Assembly (NCBI GenBank): GCA_964016885.1
Contig: OZ024742.1
Coordinates: forward strand, 75,516,001 to 75,580,000
Direction of reading: 5' to 3'
Length of the DNA: 64,000 bases
Source: Eledone cirrhosa
Taxonomy: Eukaryota
The translations under genes were made by a program, and so were the position numbers. Below, piece after piece: positions 52,400-64,000 of this stretch (position 1 is the stretch's first letter; the number at the start of each line of letters is the position of its first letter). The notes below the pieces were generated by a model. It saw nothing but the letters and a program-made list of their open reading frames with translations. It made no database searches and had not been told where the DNA came from.

Positions 52400-55300
52400 G
52401 AAACTTATGCTTATTCATTTTTGGGGCCCTTTCTGCCCGTGTGTTTGTTTGTTTATGTGTGTCCGTATACAGCGTGGTGATAATGCCACACAAGGGCCAA
52501 GTGGGATGGCGGATCCACAGATGGCTATGTAAACATACATTCGCCAATCCTCGATAAGAGTGTTTAAATATCGAACATAAACAGTTCGAATAACGGTGAA
52601 ATGGAGACTAGAACGTCATGTGACAGACTCTCACCCAACAGGTGCCCCCTGGCTCAGCAGCAGGAACCTGACTGTCAACCAAATACTGCTGATGTTGGAG
52701 GAAGAAGAAGAAGGAAAGGGGCCAGAACCAACTGGACGAAAGAATTGAATAGAACTGTTATGCAATGCTACCTGAAAAGTAACCCCAAGGAGAGGGGCTA
52801 CAGGAGACGGATGCATAACATCTGGAACGAGATTGGTTTATTTAAATTAGATGAACAAAAATTGGCCGGGCAGGCTCGGGTAATAAGAACTAATGGGTGG
52901 ATAAGCGAGCTGGAACTGGAGGAACTGAGCAGAGAGAATGGCTTGGAGATGGCGGGTGTAGTATGCCAGACAAGCGAGCCGGCGGGAAATGAAGGTGAGG
53001 AGGTCCTGAGAACGGAGGAACCACCCGAAGCAGACAATGATCTGAATACTGAGATAAATAATACCTGGAACAGAGATACGGCCACTGAGGAGATGAATGC
53101 TGACGGGCTAGGACAAGATTCGGTTGACATCCTAAATTTAGTGGTAGATGAGTTGAACAATGATAGTGGGAGACCTATGAACCTAAGATTTGTAGACAGG
53201 AAAAAGTTAAAAGAAACAACAGCTAAGGTAAACAAAGTCATCCCATACCTTGAGGCGAGGAGTCTTCACCAGTGCAACAATATCCTCAAAGCAACAGCAA
53301 ATACGGTGAGGAAACTACTTGGTATAAAAGCGAGAGGAAACAACAGACAAGAAAGAGCAGAGCCGTGGTGGAAGAAGCGACTGAGTGGGCAAATCGGGGA
53401 AATGAGAAATGACATAGGAAAGCTTGAGTCACTACTGAATGGGACACTAAAAAACATAGGCACTAAAAATAGACTGGAAATAAAATACAAAACTAGGAGT
53501 AAAAAGCTAAATATTATCATAGAGGAATTGAAGCAACGCATTGTAGCAAAGAGTGCCAAAATCAGGCGATACGAGAACAGAGTCAGTCAGTATAAACAGA
53601 ACCGCATGTTCGACAACAACCAGAAGATGCTGTTTGGACAGCTTGAGGGGAAAGAAAGAGGCAACGACTTGATCCCTGGGGCGGAACAAGCTAAAACATT
53701 CTGGAGAGGAATATGGGAGAAGGATGTTAGACACAATGCCCAGGCAGGGTGGATTGAGACAGTACAGAGGGAGATCGGTGAGCAGGCACAGCAACAGACT
53801 GATTTGAGTATCACAGTTGAAACTCTTAAGGGGCAAGCCAAAAAACTAACCAACTGGAAATCACCAGGCCCAGATGGTGTGCAGGGGTATTGGATTAAAC
53901 ATTTAACATCCCTCCACCCGAAGCTGACGGCCATGTTCAATGACTGCTTGGTGTCGGGTGAGGTGCCAGAGTGGTTGACAAAAGGTACCACAGTTCTGAT
54001 AATGAAAGACCGAATCAAGGGTAATGATGTTACCAACTATAGACCTATCACATGTCTGCCCGTAATGTGGAAACTGTTGACGAGCATTGTGTCTGAGGAA
54101 ATCTACCATCACCTCCACACAAACAACTTGTTGCCGGACGAACAGAAAGGATGCCGAAAGAAGTCACGTGGTACAAAGGACCAGTTGCTTATTGATAAGA
54201 TGGTAATGGGGAATTGCAGGAGGAGACACACTGATCTTGCCATGGGATGGATAGACTACAGAAAGGCATTTGACATGGTGCCTCATTCCTGGATCACCAA
54301 AAGCCTGGAGATCTTCAGGGTGGCAGATAACATCAGACAGTTGCTGGGCAGGAGTATGGGGTCCTGGGAGACAGAGTTGACATCAACTGGAGTATCCTTG
54401 GGAAGCGTGAAGATCAAGAGAGGTATCTTCCAGGGAGATAGCCTGTCCCCTCTGTTGTTTGTCCTTGCCCTGATGCCCTTGACCATTATGCTGCGAAAAG
54501 TGAGAGCAGGATACAAGTTGGGAAGGGGAGAGCTTACCATCAATCACCTCCTCTTCATGGACGATCTTAAGCTCTTCGGGAAAAGTGAGAAGGAGTTGGA
54601 TGTGCTTATTGACACTGTCCGTATTTTCAGCAGTGATATATGTATGCAGTTTGGTATTGGTAAATGTGGAGTCATTGTGATGAGGAGGGGTAGGTTGAGC
54701 AGAAGTAACGGGATCCAGATACCAACAGGTGAGATGATAAAGGAAATTGACTCTGAGGAAGGATACAAGTATTTGGGCGTTCTGGAGGCTGATGGCATAA
54801 AGAACAAAAAAATGAAGGAATTGTTAAGAACTGAATACATTCGGAGAGTAAGGAGCGTATTGAAGTCACATCTGAACAGCAGAAATGCCATAAGCGCAGT
54901 AAATTCCCGAGCTGTGTCTATTATTAGGTACAGTGCGGGAATTCTGAGATGGAATGTTGCTGAACAAAAAGAAATGGATAGGAAGACTAGGAAGCTATTG
55001 ACTATCTACAACATGTTCCACAAGAGGAGTGATGTCGATAGACTCTACCTAAGGAGATCTGAGGGTGGAAGAGGTCTTATCAGCATAGAGGACTGTGTTC
55101 AGATGGAGAAAAACAACCTATACAAATACGTGACCTATAGTAAGGAGCCAATGCTCAGAGCTGTACTGAAGGAGGGGACAGTAGGCCAGGGGATATCCAA
55201 GGAGGAAATAACATCAAGGAGGAAGAGCAGCCTTAAGGGAAAATCCCTTCATAGTACCTTCTTTGAGAAAACTGAATTTAGAGATCCACAGACATGGAAC

Positions 55301-56100
55301 TGGTTGAGAAGAGGAGACCTCAAAAAGGCTACAGAAGGAATGCTAATGGCTGCGCAGGAGCAGGCCCTCAAAACGAAGTGGTTGAAGCACCATATCTACA
55401 AGGAGGAGGCTAGCCCACTGTGCAGGATCTGTGGAGAGAGAGAGGAGACTGTGGCTCACATTGTGTCCGAGTGTAAACACCTAGCCCAGACCCACTATAA
55501 GGGCTGGAGACACGATGTGATGGGCAGGGTGATCCACTGGCACCTGTGCAAAGTAAACAATCTACCACATTCTGAGAAATGGTATGAGCATAGGCCAGAG
55601 GCGGTGATGGAGAACAGTCAGGTGAAGGTGCTGTGGGATTTTAGGATACAGACGGACAAAAAACTGGAACACAATAGACCTGACCTGGTGGTTGTGGACA
55701 AAGAAAAAAGATCGTGCCTGATTGTGGATGTGGCCTGCCCGTTCGACACGAGAGTGCAAGAGAAGGAGAGGGAGAAAATTAACCGATACCAGGACCTAAA
55801 GTGGGAGGTGAAAAGGATTTGGAACTGCCATGAAGTCAAAGTGATCCCGATTGTCATAGGCGCACTGGGGACTATCTCCAAAGGTTTCCAGGGATGGTTA
55901 AAGAAAATCGGCCCCTTCACGCTTTTTGGAACGCTTCAAAAGGCATGCTTGCTTGGAACGGCAAGAACCCTCCGATACGTCCTGAATATCTGAGGCTGCA
56001 GGTAGTGGCTTGATATTCAATCCAACGGACTTTCCAGTTAACCAACATCAATGACTGAGATTCAAGGAATAACAATAACAATAATAATAATAATAATAAT
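52400..56100 (+). mobile_element. R4/Dong-clade non-LTR retrotransposon, apparently intact, ending in an (AAT)n tail (5' boundary approximate)
   Basis: Single long ORF, short 3' UTR, (AAT)n at 56068-56100. Confidence 0.88.
52601..55993 (+). CDS. Reverse transcriptase with CCHC zinc finger and restriction-like endonuclease (R4/Dong clade), 1130 aa
   Basis: WT.E.N..VM.CY..S.P..RGYR N-terminus, KSPGPDG, YRPITCL, DYRKAFD, GIFQGDSLSP, LFMDD, CRIC...ETVAH...C, RPDLVV..DVACP...K..RY. Confidence 0.93.
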   Translation: METRTSCDRLSPNRCPLAQQQEPDCQPNTADVGGRRRRKGARTNWTKELNRTVMQCYLKSNPKERGYRRRMHNIWNEIGLFKLDEQKLAGQARVIRTNGWISELELEELSRENGLEMAGVVCQTSEPAGNEGEEVLRTEEPPEADNDLNTEINNTWNRDTATEEMNADGLGQDSVDILNLVVDELNNDSGRPMNLRFVDRKKLKETTAKVNKVIPYLEARSLHQCNNILKATANTVRKLLGIKARGNNRQERAEPWWKKRLSGQIGEMRNDIGKLESLLNGTLKNIGTKNRLEIKYKTRSKKLNIIIEELKQRIVAKSAKIRRYENRVSQYKQNRMFDNNQKMLFGQLEGKERGNDLIPGAEQAKTFWRGIWEKDVRHNAQAGWIETVQREIGEQAQQQTDLSITVETLKGQAKKLTNWKSPGPDGVQGYWIKHLTSLHPKLTAMFNDCLVSGEVPEWLTKGTTVLIMKDRIKGNDVTNYRPITCLPVMWKLLTSIVSEEIYHHLHTNNLLPDEQKGCRKKSRGTKDQLLIDKMVMGNCRRRHTDLAMGWIDYRKAFDMVPHSWITKSLEIFRVADNIRQLLGRSMGSWETELTSTGVSLGSVKIKRGIFQGDSLSPLLFVLALMPLTIMLRKVRAGYKLGRGELTINHLLFMDDLKLFGKSEKELDVLIDTVRIFSSDICMQFGIGKCGVIVMRRGRLSRSNGIQIPTGEMIKEIDSEEGYKYLGVLEADGIKNKKMKELLRTEYIRRVRSVLKSHLNSRNAISAVNSRAVSIIRYSAGILRWNVAEQKEMDRKTRKLLTIYNMFHKRSDVDRLYLRRSEGGRGLISIEDCVQMEKNNLYKYVTYSKEPMLRAVLKEGTVGQGISKEEITSRRKSSLKGKSLHSTFFEKTEFRDPQTWNWLRRGDLKKATEGMLMAAQEQALKTKWLKHHIYKEEASPLCRICGEREETVAHIVSECKHLAQTHYKGWRHDVMGRVIHWHLCKVNNLPHSEKWYEHRPEAVMENSQVKVLWDFRIQTDKKLEHNRPDLVVVDKEKRSCLIVDVACPFDTRVQEKEREKINRYQDLKWEVKRIWNCHEVKVIPIVIGALGTISKGFQGWLKKIGPFTLFGTLQKACLLGTARTLRYVLNI

Positions 56101-56149
56101 TGTTTCTACTTTAGGCACAAGGCCAGCAATTAACCAGTGCATTACTGGT

Positions 56150-59100
56150 AATGATTTGATTTCTTTATTAGCCACAAGGGTTTACATAAAGTAGAGATTA
56201 AGGACAGTGCAGGACAATACAGGACGGTACAAATGGGCATTTCTGCGTGTAAAGAACAAAAACAGAGGATGTAACAAAAAAATAACAATGAAAAATTCCC
56301 CAATAGGGGGGAGACTTCGGAGCAACATTTGTGGAGAAAGCCCAGTAAAAGGCCACAGTGACCCTGACCACCAAGGGGAGTGCCCTCTCCCAGTTTTCGA
56401 CCTTTAATTTACAGTTATATACTCCGAGTAGGCCCATTCACTCGGCCCATTCTTGCTTCTCTCACCCATCTTTCAAGAAAATTCTGGGAAGAGAGCACTT
56501 CCCTCTCTATCCTGATTTTCCTTTTCAAATGAAATTTGAAAAGGTTAATCAGGGCATCACCGAAGAGGTAAGTGCTCGTCTTCAGCCCTTTCAAACGTGT
56601 CCACCATACTATCGCTTTCGCCATGGCGAAGGAAGAGGGCGGGGCCATCCTCACGATGGACTCAGATGATAGCCGGATCCGTCCTACACGCGACAGCAGT
56701 TGTTCGACATAAACCCACAAGTCAGCAATTTTCGGACACTGGACGAGTGCGTGCAGGACAGTTTCGTCGCCCTGCGTGCATCTCGGACATGTACGACTGA
56801 CGGCACCTCCATGCCTGTAGAGTTTATCCCGAACTGGCAAGGCTCCTCGGTAGCACTGCCAGGCCAGAGATTTCTGGAAGTTGTCCATAGGTCCCGGCCC
56901 GAAAGTTCTTCCGAAGAGATTGGCTAGTTGATTTTCGTCGACGCCTAGAGTTTCCCCAAGTACTTCGTCGCTCTTCCCCTCCACTAAACCTCTATAGAAC
57001 GCCGAGGTGTAGTTTCCACTGATCACATTGCCTGATTGTTCGAGGGCTGTGAGCGCCTGAAGACATTCCAGTCTCCAGGCGCTCCCTCTCGGTCTTCGCT
57101 TGACCCAGGACTGCAGCTCCATCAAGGAAACGAGCTGGGGAAATAGGTGTCTAGCAAACGGCTACCACACCTGATCACCGTCGAGGAAGAGGTGGAGATG
57201 TCGTAGCCTGAGCGCGTGTCTGCGCATCATCAGCCACGGCATTCCCAGCCCTCCACGTAGCGGGTGTTGACAGCAGATGAACCGCCTGACCATCGGAGCG
57301 CGTCCCTTCCACAAAAAGCGAAAGGAGCAAACGCTCCAGCGCAGTCAGGCGGGGCTTAGGACAAGGTACGACGGTCAGGCAGTAGCAGATGACAGACGCG
57401 ATGTACGCGTTAGCCACCTCCGCTCGACCTTTCAGGGATAGCTTCCTCTCGGCCCATTTCTGGATGAGAGAAGCCACCCTGATCGTCACCTCGTCCTAGT
57501 TTTTGTCCGTCTGGAGGTCCGGACCGAACCAGAGCCCTAGCAATATAACCGGTCCGTCCGACGACGCCTTTGGACGGTATGGACCTGCCTCTCCAGGTGC
57601 CGAGCTGCAGGCCCACTGACATTTCCTGGTAGATCGTTACTCCTGTCACCGCCTCTCATTCTCTTAGTGTAGTGCCGATCGCCTCGATGTGTTTGGCGTT
57701 CGACACTACTCCGGTGACATCGTCCGCATATGTTGACACGGATCTTCCGCAACCCAGTTCGCGCCGGACCCCCATCAACATCTCCAGTGAAGTAATGGCT
57801 CGAAAGTCAATACGTACAAGAGGGACGAGAGGGGGATCCTTGGCGGACCGAGCGCATGATGTTGAACGGTTCCGAAAGGTGACCGTTCACTCTCACTACA
57901 GAGCAGATGTCGCTGTGCATGGCAGCGATCCAGGCTCTGAAGACGGGCCCAAAGCCAGCCGCCCTCAGGACTGCCGCTAGGTAACGATGGTCGACCCTAT
58001 CGAAAGCTTTCGACTGATATAAATTTATCAAGGACCCACCCGTGCCAGGTTCCCTAGCTACCCTCTCTACGATGTATCGCATGAGGTGGAGGTTGTCGTG
58101 GATGGATCTGTCGGGAATGGCGCATGTCTGCGCCTCTCCCACCAGACCACCAACGACAAGCGCCAACCTCTTTGCTAGCACCTTGGCCAAAATCTTGAAC
58201 TCTGTGTTTAGCAAAGTTATGGTCCTGAAATTACCTATGTTATCCCCTTTGTTCGGATCCTTTGTGAGCAGCGTCACCGCTCCTCGGCTCACATGCTGGG
58301 AATTCTGCCAGTTACAGTAGACGTCCGCCAAGAGGCCTCCGAACAAGTCTGGCATCTGGACGTAAAGTTCATATGGCAGACTATCCAAACCAGGCGATTT
58401 ACCCCTTGTGCAGCCAGTCATTGCATTCCGTACTTCAGCGGCTATTATCGGCTTTTCGCAACACTCCGTCTCAGTGGCCGAGAGCCTCGGAGATCCATCG
58501 AGGTAGATACTAAAGTTCATCCCTCGATCCGGCCCGCCGCTGCCCCCGAACAGCTGAGCGAAGTGTCGCTGAAAAGCTTCATATTTTGCTCGGCATCGAG
58601 ATGCGCCCGTCGTGGTCGACCAAATACCGGATCGTGGCTTTGTTGCCACGACGCGCCTCCGCCACTCGGGCCCATTGAACGGCTTTTGTCCCCTCGTGTC
58701 TGAGAGCACGCACCCTAGCTCTGACAACGCAGCCTTCGTGCTTTGCATCGAAGAATTGGTCAAGGGCCAATTTCGCCGCAAGTACGTCGGTCTCGATGCC
58801 TTTGCTAAGCGCCTCGTCTAATTTTCTAACTAGTTCTCCCTCTGCTCTATTTTTCTCTATAGCTAAAGCCTGACTAAACCTAATGGACTCTATTCTAATC
58901 GCTCTTTTCAGAGCAAACCACCACTTGTTGTTGACGATGGCCCCCATCAACGCTCGCTTAACTAGTTCGCTAATCCGGTCTCTGTAGGCCTTGGGCGCTG
59001 GCAAGGACGCGTTTAGCTTCCAGTAGCCGGGTCCTCGTCTATGAAGCCTATCTAAGTGAAGTACACAGATCACGAATTTGTGGTCCCGTGTAGCTGACTA

Positions 59101-59830
59101 TCTTGAATTGTGGACAGCCTCTGCTGTGGACAGCCCCTACACAATACTATATCTAGTTATGATATGGATGACCCTATGCGGTTTGTCCAAGTCCACATTG
59201 GCAAATTCAGAAAATACAATCGGTACCTGTCCGACAATTGAAAACGCCTGAGTAGGTTTGTGAGGTTTTTACACCCTCCTCCCCTATCCACTAATCCCTC
59301 ACAATCCCAGCGTGCATCTAAGATCCCGTTCCTGTCCCCCACTAACACTAGAAAGCGGGACGTTCCAAAAATGTTCTCAAGACGCCGGAATAAATCAGGC
59401 TGTCCTGCTCCTGTTGGGGCAAAGGCGACCACTTGCCTGAAAGTATGTCTTTCTCCGCTGGTGACGTCCAGTACCACCAACTTACCCTCTGGGTCCAAGA
59501 AGAGATCCATAACTTTCCGGAACACCCCCCCCCCAGATCCGGGGCGGCTTGGAGATGTGTACACCTAGTAGCCGCCGAAGATGGGTGCGAGGAGATGGTG
59601 CCTCGGAGATTCTAGATTCAGCAGGTGGCCCTGCTTCCAAGACGACCCCAGGCGACGTACATTTATGCTACCTATTCTGAGAGAAGCCATGTTGGCTAGG
59701 ATAGGAGGAAAACAAGTGAGAGGGAAGAGGTACACAAAATTACCTGTGGCTCTTCTTTATGAAGGGGTGGGTGGTAATGGAGTGTGCTCTGGCTTCTTCT
59801 GCTGTAGCGAATAGCACATCCACAGTGCCA
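56150..59830 (-). mobile_element. Decayed Tx1-clade LINE (end of ORF1 plus all of ORF2)
   Basis: ORF2 ATG at 59690; DPEGKLVVLDV, GPGYWKLN, ITLLNTEFKILAK, KAFDRV, CPRC motifs in several frames; 3' motif cccttgtggctaataaa. Confidence 0.9.
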
Positions 59831-59834
59831 TATC

Positions 59835-61330
59835 TCGATCCCCAGTAAAAACGTTTAGCGATGACATCAAGATAGAGTTTGGACTTGACAAGTGTGCAAA
59901 AGCCACTTTCAAGAAGGGGAAGCTTGTCAACTCAGGCTCAGTTGAATTGGATTCTGAAACAATCATAAAGGAACTTGAGTAGGAACAAACCTATAAATAC
60001 TTAGGATTAAGGCTCTGGCATACAGCATGCAAGTATGAAAGAGAGGATACGGAAAGAATGTTACAGGAGAGTACGTGCAGTTCTGAGAACAGAACTAAAC
60101 GCTCGTAACAAGGTGCTAGCCATAAATTCCTTGGCAGTCCCAGTTGTCAATTATAGCTTCGGTGTGTTGAACTGGAATATGAGTGAAATCAAAAGAATCG
60201 ACAACAAAGTCCGTACGCTACTGACCTGTAATAGGATGCACCACCCAAAAGCAGATGTGGATCGTTTTTACCTTCCTAGAACTCTGGGAGGCCGTGGCCT
60301 GATCCAATTTGAACTTGCTTACAAGACCACCATCATTGGACTGGCCAAATACCTTGAAACAACTAACGACTGTATGCTGAAACTTGTTTAAAAGCTTGAG
60401 AGAAGTAAGAAGCTTCATTCTATCTTGAAGGAGAGCAACAAATATGCTGCTGATCTCATGCTTGATACCCAGGCTGGACAGACTAAAGAAACTGTTGCAA
60501 CTGATGCTGCTAGGCACATAAAATCACTGGCAAAAGCAAAAGGGCAAGGACAATTAGCATCAACTTGGCAGCAGAAACCTCTGCATGGCAAATATGTGGC
60601 CGTAGCAAACAAGCTGATGTTGATCAAAAGAACACCCATCAGTGGCTACGTAGTTCAGGGCTAAAGGCGGAGAGTGAAGGCTTCATCTTAGCTGCCCAAG
60701 ATCAAAGCTTATTGACTCGTATTTATCAGGCCAATGAGATGAGAAACGGAATAAACTCAAAGTGCCCATTCTGCAATGCTGGGGTTGAAACAGTGGATCA
60801 CTTAGTCTCTGGATGTAAAGTTTTAGCACCAGTAGAATACAAATATAGACATGAGAGAGTTGGCCAATGTTTAAACTGGGTAATATGTCGGCATTACAAA
60901 ATAAAGGCTGAAGACAAGTGTTACAACCATCACCCTGCGGCTGTAACTGAAGGAGAAAAAGTAACAATTCTCTGGGACTTTCCTGTACATACTGACAGGA
61001 CCATAAAAGCAAGTAGACCTGACATCATTATAAAAGATCAACATAACAAGGTCCGTTTGTTGATAGATATGAGCATCACATGTGATCACAATATCGCGGA
61101 AAAAGAATTTGACAAGCTACGAAAATATAAAGATCTGCTTATTGAAATTGAGAAAATGTGGCACCTCAAGGCCGTTACAAAACCAGTGATTGGGGGAGGA
61201 CTGGGAATGATCAGGAAAGGAACAGAACAATATTTGCGAATGATTCCTGGTTTACCCTCTCTGCACGACGTGCCAAAAATTGTTTTTACCGGTACTGCAC
61301 ACGTATTGAGAAAAACACTATCTCTGTAAG
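59835..61330 (+). pseudogene. 5'-truncated, decayed R4/Dong-clade element of a second family
   Basis: FSDDIKIEFGLDKCA, DVDRFYLPR..GGRGL, CPFC...ETVDH...C, RPDIII motifs. Confidence 0.85.
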
Positions 61331-61398
61331 ATTGATATCCCTCCTTGTATTTACATATGCATATGCACATGTGTAAATATGTATACTCTTTTTTTACT

Positions 61399-63226
61399 GA
61401 ATTGCAAAAGGAGACACACTGGTCTTGCCATGGGATGGATAGATTACAAAAAGGCATTCGACACGGTACCTCATTCTTGGATAACCAAAAGCCTAGAGAT
61501 CTTCAAGGTGGCACATAACATCAGACAGTTGTTGAGCAAAAGTATGATGTCATGCGAAACAGAGATAACATCGGGTGGAGAATCCTTGGGAGGCGTGAAG
61601 ATCAAGAGAGGTATCTTCCAGGGAGATAATTTGTCCCCTCTGCTGTTTGTCCTTGCCCTGATACCTCTGTCTGTTATATTGCGAAAACTTAGAGCAGGAT
61701 ACAAGTTGGAAAAAGGAGAACTTACCATCAACCAAACTCTTTGGGAAGAGTGAGGAGTTGGATGTACTTGTTGACAATGTCCGTATTTTCAGTAATGATA
61801 TATGAATGGAAGTTGTTATTAGTAAGTGTGGAGTCCTAGTGATGAAGAGGGGTAAATTGAGCAGAAGCAAGGGAATCAAGGTACCAACAGGGTTTTTTTT
61901 AAAGGAAATTGACACTGAAGAAGGATATAAATATTTAGGTGTTCTGGAAGCAGATGACATCAAGAACAAAAAATGAAGGAATTGATAAGATCTGAGAACA
62001 TTAGGACAGTAAGGAGCGTATTAAAATCACATCTAAATAGTAGGAATGTCATAAGTGCAGTGACTTCCCGAGTTGTGTCTATTATTAGGTACAGTGCGGG
62101 AATTCTGAAATGGAATGTTGCTGAACAAAAAGAGATGGATAGGAAGACTAGGAAGCTATTGACTATCTACAACATGTTCCACAAGAGGAGTGATGTTGAT
62201 AGACTCTACTTAAAGAGATCTGAAGGTGGAAGAGATCTTATCAGCGTAGAGGAATGTGTTTAGATGGAGAAAAACAACCTGCACAAATACGCGACTGACA
62301 GTAGGGAGCCAATGCTCAAACCTGTACTGAAGTAGACGACAATAGACCAGGGGATGTCCAAGGAGGAAGAGCAACCTTAATGAAAAATCCCTTCATAGTT
62401 CCTTCTTTGAGAAAACTGAATTTAGAGATCCACAGACATGGAACTGGTTAAAAGGAGGAGACCTTAAAAAAGCTACAGAAGTAATGCTAATGACTGCGCA
62501 GGAGCAGGCCCTCAGAACGAAGTGGGTGAAACACCATATTTACAAGGAGAAGGCTAGCCCACTGTGTAGGATCTGTGGAGAGAGAGAGAGGAGATTGTGG
62601 CTCGCATTGTATCCGAGTGTAAACACCTAGCCCAGACTCACTATAAAGGCTGGAGACATGATGTGATAAGCAGAGTGATCCACTGGCATCTATGCAAAGT
62701 AAACAATTTACCACATTCTGAGAAGTGGTATGAGCATAAGCCAGAGTCGGTGATAGAAAACGATCAGGTGAAGGTGCTATGGGATTTTAGGATACAGACG
62801 GACAAGAAATTAGAACACAATAGGCCTGACCTGGTTGTTTTGGACAAGGAAAAAGGATCGTGCCTGATTTTAGATGTAGCCTGCCCATTTGACACGAGAG
62901 TGCAAGAAAAGGAGAGGGAGAAAATCAACCCGATACCTGGACTTAAAGTGGGAGGTAAACAGGATTTGGAACTGCCATGAAGTCAAGGTTGTCCCGATTG
63001 TCATAGGCGTACTAGGTACTATCTCAAAGAGTTTCCAAGGATGGTTAAAGAAGGTTAGTCCAGCCCCGCTTTTTGGAACACTTCAAAAGGCATGCTTGCT
63101 AGGAACATCGAGAACCCTCCGATACGTCTTTCAGGTAGCGGCTTGATATTCATTTCAACAAACTTTCCAGTTAAATAACATCAATGACTGAGACTCAAAG
63201 AATAATAATAAAAATAATATTAATAA
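61399..63226 (+). pseudogene. 5'-truncated decayed copy of the 52601 R4/Dong element
   Basis: Closely colinear with 54210-56100, with stops and frameshifts; ends in (AAT)n. Confidence 0.9.
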
Positions 63227-63406
63227 TTGTTTCTACTTTAGGCACAAGGCCAGCAAATTACACAGTGCATTACTGGTACTTTTTTTATCGACCCCGTAAG
63301 GATGAAAGGCAAAGTCAACCTCGGCGTGATTTGAACTCAGATTGTAAAGGGACGTAACTATGCTGGAAAGCATGGCGTCCGACCCTCTACCGATACTGCC
63401 AATCCA
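63225..63406 (-). mobile_element. tRNA-derived SINE (33551 family)
   Basis: Close match to 34240-34428. Confidence 0.85.
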
Positions 63407-64000
63407 TAATATTAATAATGATTTCTTAATTCACCACAAGGCTTAACTAAAAAAAAAAACCAAAACATTATGACGGCACAGTACGAAAACATAGTGCGTG
63501 TGTGTTGCTGTGTAGGTAATATCACAAACAAGAACATTTCTGATATGATAGTAATGGCAGTGCCATAGTTGAAGGGAGGATAGAAAAGAAACGTAAATGA
63601 TGGGCAGGAAATCAATTACATTCAATAAGAAAGAGAAGGCGACGTATGATAAAGAAAAAGACAAATGAAGGGGAAGGGAAATGTTGAGAGAAATTGAGCG
63701 AAAGTTTGAGAAAATGAGAGAAAGAAGAGAAAGCGATAAGGTAATGAAAACTATAACTCGTTAAATTAGAAAAATAGATGGGAATTGAAATAATCAAAAT
63801 AGGAGTAATTAAATAATAATAATAAAAATAGTAATTATAATAATGGTAATGATGATAATAATTGTAATGATGATGATGATGATGATGGATATGGTGAAGG
63901 GGAGTAGTAGGATTGTGGTAATGATTATAATGACTATGATGATATACGCCAAAAATCTCAATTACGTGCTTGAGTAAAACACGTTAATGTTATAAATTAC

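Noticed and set aside
52631-55920. Antisense ORFs opposite the Dong and Tx1 coding regions
   Set aside because: Shadow ORFs expected opposite long coding frames, with no motifs of their own

Overview
This is AT-rich eukaryotic, repeat-saturated DNA with many (TA)n/(CA)n/(GA)n microsatellites and no recognisable host gene. The SINE types and repeat make-up suggest a cephalopod/Octopus-like genome (inference). Recognisable mobile elements: three decayed Naiad-type Penelope-like elements (PLEs; RT plus GIY-YIG), a Neptune-type PLE 3' end, several Tx1/L1-clade LINEs (one near full length), an R4/Dong-clade RLE retrotransposon with an intact 1130-aa ORF plus two decayed relatives, an RTE tail, tRNA-derived SINEs, three non-autonomous Helitrons, a mariner fragment and MITEs. 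The most striking signal is non-coding. At least 12 near-canonical minimal type I hammerhead ribozyme (HHR) motifs from about 8 sequence families were found by eye, each family with its own palindromic stem III. Most lie in short ORF-less cassettes inserted in microsatellites. These include a 310-bp tandem array resembling a retrozyme, a U3-A8 covariant core, and two divergent cassettes sharing an octamer-TATA-HHR-structured RNA layout with conserved spacing. A splice-site-bounded mini-intron-like spacer between Tx1 ORF1 and ORF2 is also notable. All RNA folds were paired by hand; none were computed.
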